A stretch of DNA of 63,509 bases, the filler included, from Chiloscyllium plagiosum (lineage: Eukaryota): the NCBI RefSeq assembly GCF_004010195.1. It is 5 parts of one record of this genome, joined end to end, with 100 filler letters (N's around TTAATTAATTAA, not from the genome) between each part and the next. Parts side by side here need not be neighbours in the genome. Positions count along the whole stretch, not along the records: positions 47,929 to 52,893 come from NC_057711.1; positions 52,994 to 58,092 come from NC_057711.1; positions 58,193 to 63,509 come from NC_057711.1; 2 more parts are not named here. The stretch is one strand, 5' to 3'. Positions 51,095 through 63,331 of the stretch are shown piece by piece (positions within the stretch are counted from its first letter, which is position 1; each line of letters opens with the position of its first letter). A program made the position numbers and the translations under genes. A model generated the notes under the pieces. The model was not told where the DNA came from. It searched no databases and saw only the letters and a list, made by a program, of their open reading frames with translations.

Positions 51095-52578
51095 GCTTGC
51101 ATATTTGGCTTTTTCCAGCAGGTTTGGTGTTCCAATTTACAGCAAATACCTTCTGGTTTTAATCTTACAAACGAAACTCCTTCACTGAAATAACGTATTT
51201 CTTAACAGTTCCAAACTATTTCCTATCTTCACGAGAATCTGTATTATCCATCCAGCTTCAAACAAGGCTTCTGAAAACCTGAATCCAAAAGGGCTTTCCA
51301 CGCTATGAGTGCTTCTCCTAAGTCAAAAAAAAATCCAGAACCTTCTATCTCAAACCTAATGATTACATTGTTTATTTTGTTCCCTCATAAATAAACTTTC
51401 CTGATGTAAACAAATTCACACCCTTTCAAGAAATCTATCTCTCCCACTATTTTCTCTAAATAAACCGTGGCTTGAAAAAGCCTTATAAGTTAACCATTAA
51501 ATCCCTTCATGTACATAGACCAAGATCCACATGTCACAAGATCAAAATCCAAATGTTAAAAGAAAGATATTAAAGGATACAAAAATCACACACCTTACAT
51601 CACAATATCCCAACACTCAGTTGTTACCATCAAGCCATGGGATCTAACCTTTCTTTATTCATTCATGGAAAGTGGGCATCAATGACTGGTCCAGCATTTA
51701 TTGCTCATCCTTAATTGCTCTTGAGTAGGTAGTGGTGAGCTGCCTTCTTGAAATATTGCAATTTGTTTGATTTAGGTAGACTAAATCAAATGTTAGAGAA
51801 GGAATGCCAGGATTTTGACTTTGTAACACTGAAAGAATAAACCTACAAGGTAGGAGGTGTGCGGCTTAGAGGGGAACTTGTTCAGTTCCACTCAAATTCT
51901 TCATATAATGAAGCATACTGTGCCTGTATTCAGAAAGACTTGGAGAACATTCAATCTTGAGCTGTTATGTGGCAAAAAACATTTCTATTGCAGAAGTGCC
52001 AGGCAATGACTATCTCAACAAGAGCGATTCTAATCAATTACTTTGACATTCAAGAGCATTGCAGTCTTTGAATTCTCTCAGTATTAACATCCAGGTTTCA
52101 TTATTGACCAGAAATGTAACTGCACTAGCCATGCAAATACTGAGGTTCGCAGCGATGGTCACAGTTTGCCTATTTTGCGACAAGTGGATCACTTGCTGAC
52201 TTTCTGAAGCCTTAACACCATCAACATCAACATGGAAAAGTAGCCGGCTTTGTTGTAGACCCACTTTAGACATTCATTTTGTTGGGGTGTAAGTTCCATA
52301 ATGTGGTCAGGTGACCCATGACTTCCAGGATTGTCACAGAAATATTGACATATTTTTCGTGAGCATGGATAAAAACTCAAAATGCGTAAGCCACGTTTAG
52401 ACCTAGGTGGACTGTGCAATTTGTAAACTGTAAAGCGGAAACAAACAATATTCATGGAGCGAGGTTTTGGACAATAAATTTCTTGTCCAAACCATGTAGG
52501 CCTAGAACTGCTATCAGATACTAATGGCCATATTGTTTCAGAACGAATCTTTGTTTATACCTCCAGTTAAACTGCTTT

Positions 52579-52893
52579 AGAGTCATAGAGTCATAGAGAT
52601 ATACAGCATGGAAACAGATGCTTCGGTCCAACCCGTCCATGCTGACCAGATATCCCAACCCAATCTAGTCCCACCTGCCAGCACCTGGCCCATATCCCTC
52701 CAAACCCTTCCTATTCATATACCCATCCAAATACCTCTTAAATGTTGCAATTGTACCAGCCTCCACCATATCCGTTGGCAGCTCATTCCATACACGTACT
52801 ACCCTCTGCGTAAAAAAGTTGCCCCTTAGGTCTCTTTTATATTTTCCCCTCTCACCCTAAACCTATGCCCTCTAGTTCTGGACTCCCCCACCC
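52579..52893 (-). mobile_element. CR1 (HER1-like) 3' end, cut by spacer
   Basis: (TCTATGAC)n tail, near-identical to the other copies. Confidence 0.9.
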
Positions 52894-52993
52894 NNNNNNN
52901 NNNNNNNNNNNNNNNNNNNNNNNNNNNNNNNNNNNNNTTAATTAATTAANNNNNNNNNNNNNNNNNNNNNNNNNNNNNNNNNNNNNNNNNNNN
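52894..52993. other. Artificial contig spacer
   Basis: N44-TTAATTAATTAA-N44. Confidence 0.97.
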
Positions 52994-53855
52994 TCTAGCA
53001 AATCTCCCTGCCAGTATATTAGTCCCCTTCCAATTTAGGTGCAATCCGTCCTTCTTATACAGGTCACTCCTACCCCAAAAGAGATTCCAATGATCCAAAA
53101 ATGTGAATCCTTCTCCCAGACATCAGCTCCTCAGCCATGCATTCATCTGCTCTATTCTCCTATTCCTGCCCTCACTAGCCCGTAGCACTGGGAGTAATCC
53201 AGATATTACTACTCTCGAGGACATGCTTTTTAAATTCCTGCCTAACTCCCTGTAATCTCCCTTCAGAATCTCAACCTTTTCCCTTCCTATGTTGTTCATT
53301 CCAATGTGGACAATGACCTCCTGCTGGCCCCTCTCCCCCGTGAGAACATTCTGCACCCGCTCTGAGACATCCTTGATCCTGGCGCCAGGGAAACATCACA
53401 CCATTCTGCTTTTTCGCTGCTGGCCACAGAAACGTCTGTCTGTACCTTGGACTACAGAATCCCATAATACAATTGATCTCTTGGAACCTGACATACCCCT
53501 CATTACATTACAGCTAGTCTCAGTACCAGAAACTTGGCTGTTCGTGCTACATTCCCCTGAGAATCCATCACCCCCTACATTTTCCAAAACAGTATACCTG
53601 TTTGAAATGGGTATATCCACAAAAGACTCCTGCACTAGCTGCCTACCTCTCTTACCTTTCCTGGAGTTAACCTATCTATGTGACTGTATCTGAGACTTTC
53701 CCCCCTTCCTATAGCTGCCATCCATCACATACTGTTGTCGTTGCAAATTCCTCATCACTTCTATCTGTCTCTCCAACCGATCCATTCGATCTGATAAGCT
53801 TCGCATCCAACAGCATTTATGGCAGATATAATCCGCAGTAATCCTGAAACTCTTC
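52994..53855 (-). mobile_element. CR1 ORF1 relic: Cys motif, coiled coil and SGNH esterase-like domain
   Basis: YICHKC...DRLERQI, DSVVQGTDRRFCG, VHIGMNNIG...VVISGLLP...NAWLRS, and DGLHLN near 53040. Confidence 0.85.
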
Positions 53856-54958
53856 ATCAGTACTGAGCAATATGTGCCCAGCCAGTGATGCCCATATCCC
53901 ATGAATGAATATCAGCATAATTCATACAATAGTCAAGTCTGAGAGCAGAACCTTCCTGCTTTCAAACTAAGTCAGAACATGGGATTGATAACAGAAAAAT
54001 AATTGGTGTCCTGTGAAGATCAGAAAGCCTACTCCATCTGCCAACAATCAGGCACCTACTTGGTCACCCACCAATTTTTTAAGAATGTAAGGACCCTGAT
54101 TGACTAAGTCCAGCCTGCCAAGAGATGACAACCAATGAGAAGCTAACTGGTATCTTTAGCACTTGGCAGCCCCAAAGAGCAAGATGTAACTACTGTCAGT
54201 ACCATCACTGGACTCCCACAATGGGGGAATGAGCCACGCGAATGGGTGATGTTTGGGCTTGATGATTGGGTGCATTGGCAGTTGAAAGCAAGGATCGTGA
54301 AATAGTTCTCAATGGCCTCCAGTTAGGGCATTTTGAGAGATGCATCCTCCACAACCCACCAACTTACAGCCTAGCCTACACTTTTCCTCGTCCTTTTCAC
54401 TAAATCATGGTGACTCTTCCCGATTACCAAGTCTTTCACCAGTTATACTCTCATTGATGATCAATTCTAACAGCTTCTCCATAACAGATGTCAAACTAAA
54501 TGGCTTACAGTTTTTGGTTTTTTAAACCTCCTGCTCTACTTCAATTAAGTATTGAATAAATATTTGTCTTTTTTCCCCCACTGTAATTGAAACTTTTCAC
54601 AATCCAATGAATTTTCAAAAATTAATATCAACACATCTACTTTGAGCAACTTCTTTTTAGGAGTACGCAATGGTTTGCTGCTGGACTTGTAATCTATGTG
54701 ATTTTAGAGATGAAAAAAATAAACTGAGTCATATCCATTGAGTTGATTTATCCGCTGCATTCAACATAAATCACTGCATGGGCTCAGCTGAAGGATTGGA
54801 GACATTTCACCAAAATGTAAGAAAAGGCTTACCAGGCAAAGGGAATGTTGGAAAACTTAATACTGCTTCTTGAAACAAAAGTAAATGATAATGGAAGTCC
54901 CAAAGATAATTTGAAATTGTGATAGAAGCGAAGGCAGTTTCTTACAAAACCAGCTTGT

Positions 54959-54972
54959 CCAGCAGATGGCGT
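54959..54972 (+). promoter_or_regulatory. CTCF core motif match
   Basis: CCAGCAGATGGCGT fits the CCASYAGRKGGCR consensus, in non-repetitive DNA. Confidence 0.35.
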
Positions 54973-55019
54973 GTGGCTACAATGTGTTTTTTTTGGGTGA
55001 TTTTTCACATGTGAGCCTA

Positions 55020-56340
55020 TCAGCAGGTTGGAAAGTAGCAAGGTAATCCTTCAGTTATACAGTAAATTGGTGTGAGTGCATCTGGAAAACTGCATGTAAT
55101 ACTGGTCACCGTATTTACAAAATGATGCTAATGCATTCAAAACATTCAGACAAGGGTTATTAGATAAATACTTGGAGTGTGTAGATTGCCAAATGGGGTA
55201 AGTCTGTATCCTCTGGAGTTTAGAGGAGTCAAAGCTGACTTAATTGAAACATAGAAGATCCTAAAAAAAACTGACCGAGAGGATGTTGAAAGGATGTTTC
55301 TACTTGTGGACGAATCTAGAACTAGGAGTCATAGTTTAATAATAAGGGATGACCCATTTCTCTCACATGGTTGAGAGTCTTTGGGATTTCCTTCCTCAAA
55401 AAGGCAGTAGACACACAATCTTTAAATATTTGCAAGGCAGAGGTTACTAGGTTCTTGATTACCAAGGAGATGAAAGATTATCAGGGATATGCAGGACTAT
55501 AGGGTTGGGGTTAAAATCAAATTATCTTACTGAATGGCAGAGCAGGCTCAAATGGCCAAGTAGCCTACTGTTGTTTCTTGTTTGTATTTTCATGACCCAC
55601 TAATTAAAAAGTGAAGGACAGAGAAAATGGGGAACTACAGATCTATTAACCTTCTGTCAATAATAGGGAAAATGGTACAATCTGTGATAAGAGATGTGAT
55701 AAAAGAACACTTGGATAATAATGATCTGATTGTCACAAGCATGCTCTCTGTATCCAATGTGAAATCATGTCTTACGAACCTGTTGGGAGGTTTTGAGGAA
55801 CCTAACAGAATTCATACAAGGGAGTCAATGGGCATTTTCAGAGGAATTTTGATGAAGTTCCATAGAGGTTCATTACTAAAATGAAAGCACATGGGGTAGA
55901 AGGTAATATATCAGCATGGATTGAGGATTCAATAACAAGCAGAAAATAGTAGCAATAAACAAATCATATTGTGACTGACTGTGTGGAGGTTGTACATTCT
56001 CTCCCTGTCTCATTGACAGGTTATGGCTAGTGGGCTACTGCAAGGACCAGTAGTTGGCCCCAGCTTTTCACAACATACATCAATGGTTTGCATGTAGGGA
56101 CCAAATGTATTATTTCCAAGTTCATAGATATCACAAAACTAGGTGGGAATATATGTAAAATCCCTTCAAGAGGATTTGAAAGACTTAAAGTGGGGAAAAC
56201 ATGACAGATAGAATCGAATGTGGATAAATATGAGGTGATCGTTTATCTCTGCAGATATGCTGAGTAGCTGTTAAACGGTAAGTGATTAGGTATATGTACA
56301 AAGCAATTTGGATCTCCTGGTCAATAAGTCACTGGAGGCT
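55020..56340 (+). mobile_element. Old CR1 fragments
   Basis: GNYRSINLLSIIGKMV...KSCLTNLL, and a 3' region ending in a CR1 tail near 55570. Confidence 0.7.
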
Positions 56341-56344
56341 GATG

Positions 56345-56640
56345 GGTACCACAGCTACCTTGACTACATTTCCACAGCTCCTTGCATCCTGTAGGACACA
56401 ATTCTGTTCTCCAAGCTTCTCCATTTCTGTCTCAATTGTCCCAATGATACAATTTTACACAAAGGCTCTTCTGACATGTCTTCCTTTTGCTCAATTGAGG
56501 AAATATTGCTGTTCAATGCCTTCTGCAGCATTCCAGTGAAGCCAAACACAAGCTGGAGGAACAACACCTCTTTCTGCTAAGACATTTTGCAACCTGGACT
56601 CAACATTGAGGTCAACAGCTGCAGATCACAAACTTTATCC
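56345..56640 (+). mobile_element. Old PLE remnant (RT thumb joined to GIY-YIG C-terminus)
   Basis: HSYLDY... and EAKHKLEEQHL...LQPGLNIEVN. Confidence 0.65.
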
Positions 56641-57049
56641 TCCAGTTTGATACTTCCAAGGTACCTTAGACCCATTACCCTCAGTTCGTCTACTAATCGA
56701 GAATCTATCTCAGCCACAAATATACACAGGTACTCTGTTCACACACCTCTCTATTGCAAGGAGTTCCAAACATATGAAATTCCACCTCATCTCAGTCCTA
56801 ATTTGGCACCCTTAATTCTGAGACTATCCCCTCTGGTCCTAGTCTCTCCCATGGTGGGAAACATGCTCTCAGCATATACCCTGCTAAATCTTTTAAGAAT
56901 TCTATTTTTTAATGAGACAACCTCTCAGTCTTCTAAACTCTAGACAGTAGTCCCAACCCACTTAGCTTTTGCTCATAAGAGAATTACTACATGTCAGGGA
57001 TTATCCTAATGAATTTTCTCTGAACTGGCTCCAATGAAATATTGGGGGG

Positions 57050-57192
57050 GCAAGAGTGTGGTGCTGAAAGAAGGGCTTTTGCCCGAGACATCGACTCTCT
57101 TGCTTCTCGGATGCAGCCTGACCTGCTGTGCTTTTCCAGCACCATACTCTCGACTCTAATCTCCAGCATCTGTAGTCCTCACTTTCGCCTAG
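57050..57192 (+). mobile_element. PLE pLTR (family A), decayed, inside old minus-strand CR1 (~56670-57570)
   Basis: CTGAAAGAAGGGCTTTTGCCCGAGACATC plus the conserved downstream block. Confidence 0.8.
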
Positions 57193-57571
57193 TCCAATTA
57201 AATAATATCTATCTTTAAATAAGGGGACCAAAACAGCTCACAGTACTCCAGGTGTGGTCTCACCAGCCTTTTCCCTCCCATGATCTCTCCGAAACTTACT
57301 CTGCACCTGGTTGTTTAACCCAGCAGAACCTGAGATCCTGTTGAAACACTGAATGAGGAGGGAGCGAGAATATTCCCTGCATTGCTGTATTATGGATAGG
57401 AATATAGGAATACATTTGCAGTAAGACTTCCCTACTCCTAAACTCCAACTCCCTTGAAATTAGGACCAATATTCCATTACCTGCTGCACCTAGCTGCTAG
57501 CTTTCCCTGTTTCATGCACAAGTAACCCCAAATCCTTTTGCAGTTTTCTGCAGTTTTTCTCCATTTAAATA

Positions 57572-58092
57572 CAGAGGAACCTCGATTATCCGAATACCAA
57601 TTATCTTAAAATCTGATTATCCGAAGGAGATCTCAAGATCCCGATATAACATTACATCAAAGACGTGTTTCCAACAGTCATCGCGTCTTTTGTTTACAGT
57701 GATTAAACAGGCACTGTCACCAAATGATTGACCTCCCACCCTCTATCTCTCCCCACATTTTCCCTGGAGTTCTACAAAGGGGTGTACCCTAAACCCCCCG
57801 TGCCCAGAAAATCTCTCCAACGTTGTCCTGTACAGGGCAAACGTGGAACCTGTCAAAACGTTGCAGTAAAACGTTGTGTGTGTGTGGCTGTGGCTGCGTG
57901 TGTGTGTGTTATTTGGAGACTTACCCCACAAAGGCAGCAGCAACAACAGTCCTGTTGGTGTACAGCCCGTCTGCCCCGGAGAGGGGTTTGGGCGGACGGA
58001 GGGGGGTGGTGTTGGACAGGATTGGGGGTCGGAGGTGGTGTTGGACAGGGTTGGGGGGCGGGGGCAGGCGGGGGTGGAGTTGGACAGGGTTG
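57572..58092 (+). mobile_element. Tc1/mariner Tigger-like element left end, cut by spacer
   Basis: TA then CAGAGGAACCTCGATTATCCGAA TIR. Internal (TG)n and three GGTGGTGTTGGACAGG repeats. Confidence 0.7.
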
Positions 58093-58192
58093 NNNNNNNN
58101 NNNNNNNNNNNNNNNNNNNNNNNNNNNNNNNNNNNNTTAATTAATTAANNNNNNNNNNNNNNNNNNNNNNNNNNNNNNNNNNNNNNNNNNNN
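58093..58192. other. Artificial contig spacer
   Basis: N44-TTAATTAATTAA-N44. Confidence 0.97.
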
Positions 58193-58630
58193 GGATTGGA
58201 AGGGCGGGGAGAATGGAAGGGGCCATCGGGTGCAAATTGGAAGGGGTGGGGGAGGAAAGTGGAGGGGAAGGAAGGGGAGAGGGAGTGGGTGTGGGAGGGG
58301 GATGGGTAGAGAGGAGGATGAGAAGGGGTTATCTGAAATTGGAGAACTCGGTGTTGAGTCCTCCAAGCTGTAGGCTGCACAAATGGAAGACAGGATGTTG
58401 TTCCTCCAATTTGCGGTTTGATTCATTGTGACAATGGAGGAGGCCAAGGATCGTCATTTTGGGAAGGGATTGGGGAGGGAAATTAAAATGGGCCATGCCC
58501 GGGAGGTCCAGTTAGCCCCTGCGGGCCTGGCTGAGATGCTTGATGAAACATTCCCTTCGCTTATGTTGGTTTCCCCGATTTAGACAAGACCACATCGGGA
58601 GCACCAAATACAGAAAATTAGGTTGTATAG
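58193..58630 (-). mobile_element. PLE GIY-YIG relic
   Basis: NLIFCIWCSRCGLV*IGETN and RKLEEQHPVF...LQLGGLNTEFSNF. Confidence 0.8.
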
Positions 58631-59013
58631 CTGATCCTCCATCTCACTGGCACCTTCTCTCTTTTTCCCCATAAGACTCGGTGCCTTTAAATTTGGGGGA
58701 AAAAAAAATTGGTTTCTTGAATATCTTCAGTGACTTGGCCTCCTCAGCTTTATGTGGTGGAGAATACAACATGTGGACAGCCTTTGAGTAAAATGTTTTT
58801 TTCTCATCTCAGTCCTAAATGGTCTGCCCTGTATCATGAGGCTGTATTCCTTGATTCTAGATTACCTCAACCAGAGAAAGCATCCACTGAAAATCAGATA
58901 CCCTCGCATTCTTTTCACTGCATGCAATACTCCAGATGTGGTCTCACTAAGTGCATGTATAACTGCTGTAAGGCAGCTTCTGAACTCAACTTCCCTTGCA
59001 ATCAAAGCCAATA

Positions 59014-59622
59014 CAGAGGAACTTCTATTCTCCAAATCTTGTTTATCCAAATATCAGATTATCCGAAGATTTCAAGGTCCTGCAAAAACGTTACATGAAA
59101 GAGTAAGTGTATTCTGTACTGAAGAACATGTGAAAATGATGGCAAAAACAAAGAAACACAAGCAGCTCAGGCATCAGCGACTGGATATTTTTAGGTAAGG
59201 ATTGTTACACAGCCCTTTGCAAAAGTAAGTGTTTAGAGAATTCCCGAAATGTTACTGGGCCATTCAGTTAAAAAACAAGGCCAAGAACATAAACGCATGC
59301 ATGAGACAGGGCTTCCGTCTTTCTATCGCGAGACTAAGTTTCCGGAAATTGATACTGGAAATGGTCTTGCGATTGGAGAAGCTGTTTGGGACATTGTTTA
59401 ATGCTTGGATTTCATTTTAACCTGTTATTTGCAGACTGCAAAGATTAGTTTGTTCAAATGGCAGACTCATTAAAATTATAGATTTAAATAAAGTCTCCAG
59501 TAAAGCACAGCGTTAGATCAGTGTGGCTTCCCCTGTTTAAGCTGAAATCGATTATCCAAACAATCAATTAACTGGACAATATAGTGCTCGCCCATCTCAT
59601 TCGGATAATCAAGGGTCCTCTA
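59014..59622. mobile_element. Complete Tigger-like MITE with TA TSD, inside old minus-strand CR1 (~58630-60530)
   Basis: TA-CAGAGGAAC... and ...TTCGGATAATCAAGGGTCCTCTA-TA. The CR1 gccaa|taccatttgccttcc sequence is rejoined on removal. Confidence 0.75.
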
Positions 59623-60529
59623 TATACCATTTGCCTTCCCAATTGCTTGCTGTACCTTCCTATTTTCTTTCATTGACTGGTGTACAATGAAACCCAGATC
59701 TTTTTGTACATCCAAACTTTCCATAAAAATTACTATTTAAATTACTCTTGCTTTCTGTTTTTCACACCCGAGTGTCTAACTTCACAATTCGTCACGTTGC
59801 ACTGAATCTGACATGCTTTTGCCCATTTACTTAATTAGTCTAAATCACTTTGAGCCTCCTTACATCTTCTTCACAACACTTCCTACTTTTACATTGTCAA
59901 CAAAGTTGGAAATGTTGCTTTTGACTTCCACATGCAGGCCATATATATCATAAATAACTGGATCCAAAACATTGATCTTTGCAGTATCCCACTATCCACT
60001 GCCTGTCATTCAGAAAAAGACCCTTTATTCCTACTGTTTCCTGTCTGTCTGTCAACCCTTAACAATAAATTTCCCCTTAGCCCATGTGCTTTAAGTATCC
60101 TTATGAACCTTTAATACGTATCTTATCAAAGCCTGAAAATCCAAATTACCATATGCACCTGTTCTCCCTTATCTATTCTACTAATTATGTATTCAAAAAA
60201 CTCTGGAAGATTTGTTAAGCATGCTTTGACTTTCTTAAACCCATGCTGAGTTTGTCCAAATCCATTAATATTTTCCAAAATGTTCCACTACCACATATTT
60301 TATAACAGACTGCAGCATTTTTCCTTCTACGATGTTAGGCTAACTGGGCAACAATTGTTTCTCTCCCTCCTTCATTTTTTTAAATAGCAGGATTACATTT
60401 GCCATCCTCAAATCTGTAGGAACTACTCCAGGGTCTAGAATCTTAAAAGATGACTATCAAAGCATCCAACATTTCAAGGACCACTTCCTTTAGTATTCTT
60501 GGATACAGCCTATTAGGATCTGGTGATTT

Positions 60530-61215
60530 AGAGTCATAGAGATGTACAGCATGGACCCTTCGGTCCAACCCGTCCATGCTGATCAGATATCCCAACCCAA
60601 TCTACTCCCACCTGCCAGCACCCGGACCAAATCCCTCCAAACCCTTCCTATTCATATACCCATCCAAATGCCTCTTAAATGTTGCAATTGTACCAGCCTC
60701 CGCCACNNNNNNNNNNNNNNNNNNNNNNNNNNNNNNNNNNNNNNNNNNNNNNNNNNNNNNNNNNNNNNNNNNNNNNNNNNNNNNNNNNNNNNNNNNNNNN
60801 NNNNNNNNNNNNNNNNNNNNNNNNNNNNNNNNNNNNNNNNNNNNNNNNNNNNNNNNNNNNNNNNNCACTTTCAAGGAGCTATGAACCTGCACTCCAAGGT
60901 CTCTTTGTTCAGCAACACTCCCTCGGACTTTACCATTAAGTGTATAAGTCCTGCTAAGATTTGCTTTCCCAAAATGCAGCACCTTGCATTTATCTGAATT
61001 AAACTCCATTTTCTACTTCTCAGCCCATTGGCCCATCTTGTCCAGATCCTGTTGTAATCTGAGGTAACCCTCTTCGCTGTCCACTGCACCTCCAATTTTG
61101 GTGTCATCTGCAAACTTACTAACTGTATCTCTTATGCTCGTATCCAAATCGTTTATGTAAATGACAAAAAGTAGAGGGCCCAGCACCGATCCTTGTGGCA
61201 CTCCACTGGTCACAT
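60530..61215 (-). mobile_element. CR1 (HER1-like) RT to 3' end spanning the N gap 60707-60865
   Basis: [24 protein letters not shown]...[11 protein letters not shown]...LQQDLD. Confidence 0.9.
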
Positions 61216-62697
61216 GCCTTGTCAATTTTTAATCCCATTAATTTCCTTTGCACTGTTTTCTTGCCTACACTAATTTCCTTCTATTCCATTCTCACTAGAA
61301 CTTCAGTTCCCTAAGATTTCTGGAAGGTTATTTGTACCCTGTTTTGTGAAGACAGACCGAAATATCTGTTCAATTTTTCTGCCATTTCTTTGCTCCACAT
61401 TACAACTTCTCCAGCTTTGAACTGCAAGAGACCTACATTTATATTAACCTGTTTACAGATCACCTGTTTATATGTTGCCTGTAATTTTATTCTCACACTA
61501 TATTATTCTCTCAAACAAACATTTTTCCCACTTTTGCCAATTTGTGCCTCGTACACTCATAGTTCCCTCTTTATTTGATTCAGGATCTTAGTTTCAGATT
61601 TGACTACTCCACTCTCCATCTTAATGGAGAATTCTATCATATTATAGTCGGTCTTCCTCAAGGGAAGAATGTTTTCCTTTCTCATTGCACAGTACTCAAT
61701 CTAGAACAATTTGTTCTCTGGTTAATTCCCAATACATCAATCTATAAAAATAACCCATCATGTATATACTTCAGGGAATCCTCCTCCATATACCATCGCT
61801 AGTTTGGTTGTCCAATCTATATGTAAATCAAAGTCACCAATAATTACAGATATACTCCTACTGCATGCAGCTCTGATTTCTTGTTTAACGCATTCCCTTA
61901 CATCTCTACTATGAATGGTAGTCTATGCACAATCCCCATCAATGCTTATGCCCTTTGGTGTTTCTTATCTCCACCCATACAGATTCCATATCACAATTTC
62001 CTCATTATGTTTTTTTCTTCCTTTATTAACAATGCTACCCCTCCTCCTTTCTCATTGTGTCTGTCCTTCTTTAATAGAGAATACTTCTGGATGTTCAGTT
62101 CTCATTTCTACTAACCTTGTGGCCATGTATTTATAATTGCAACTATATAATAGCCATTTACATCTATTTGCATTGCTAATTTATCTAACTTACTGTGAGT
62201 GCTCTGTGCATTAATACACAAAACCTTTAGGTAGGTCTTTTCAATCTTGTTGGTCAGCGTAGCTTTATTTTGCAATATGATTTCATTTGCTTTTTGTCTT
62301 TCTTGTTTCTACCTAGCACTTTTGTTCTTTTCTGTGTTTTGTTTCTATCCTTGTTTCTACCACGACTGTCTCCCTGTTCAGATTTTCAACCTCTGCCATT
62401 CTAGTTTCAACTCTCCCTGATAATTTGAGAAAACCCCACTTCCACCCCAAAGATGCTGGTCCAGTCCTGCCCACATGTAATGCAGATTGGTCCTGCTTGT
62501 ACCAGTCCCACCTTCCCTACAAGTGATGTCAATGTTCCAGAAATCGGATTCATTCCCGCCTACACCATTTCTCCAATCATATATTCATCTGGTCATAGAG
62601 TCATAGCGATGTACAGCATGGAAACAGACCCTTCGGTCCAACCTGTTTTTGCTCTTGCTAACACATGGCACTGGTTGTAATCCTATGATTACCAGCA

Positions 62698-62817
62698 GTC
62701 GAGAGTGTGGTGCTGGAAAAGCACAGCAAGTCAGGCAGCATCTGAGGAGCAGGAAAATCAACATTTTGGACATAAGCCCTTCAACTGATCTCCAGCATCT
62801 GCAGTCCTCACTTTCTC
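62698..62817. mobile_element. Mini inverted PLE pLTR with 16-bp TSD
   Basis: CCTATGATTACCAGCA (62682-62697) and CCTATAATTACCAGCA (62818-62833). Confidence 0.8.
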
Positions 62818-62819
62818 CC

Positions 62820-63300
62820 TATAATTACCAGCAACCTATCTCTTGATGCTGAAATCTGCCAGGATTTCCAAGGCTACAGCAGGTTATGTCAAAGGTGAGA
62901 AGACAAGTATGGACCAAGATAGAGTAATAAACATGGATGAACACCAGCATGCTGAGATCCCCAGCTTATGGTCCCTCAAGTCCGTAACTACTTAGTTGTT
63001 TGAGTCACGTGAGGCAAATGGATGCTGGCCTCATTTCAAACATATGCTCCTATAGCGAGCTTGCTGTTATATATGATCAGCAGATTGTCCATATCAGTTA
63101 TTTAAGGATGTTTGGAAGCAAAACTGCTGAATGGGTGGTCTGGAGATAACAAAATATAAAGGGCATTAAAAAAAGAGGGTAAAAGGAATGAACAAATCAG
63201 AGAAAAAGAGTGCCTGTCAGAAGGAGAAAAAAAATCCACTGATTTCATGCCATTCATCTGTTCCAGATGCAGAAGGGGCTACCACTCACAAATCAATCTC
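62820..63300 (+). mobile_element. RTE-clade LINE remnant
   Basis: ITSNLSLDAEI..RISKATA..MSKVRRQVW. Highly decayed. Confidence 0.5.
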
Positions 63301-63331
63301 GAAAGCCACAACAAGTGATATTCAACACCGA

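Noticed and set aside
57728..58447. Gly/Pro/Cys-rich ORFs
   Set aside because: Products of (TG)n, G-rich tandem repeats and the spacer inside transposon sequence.
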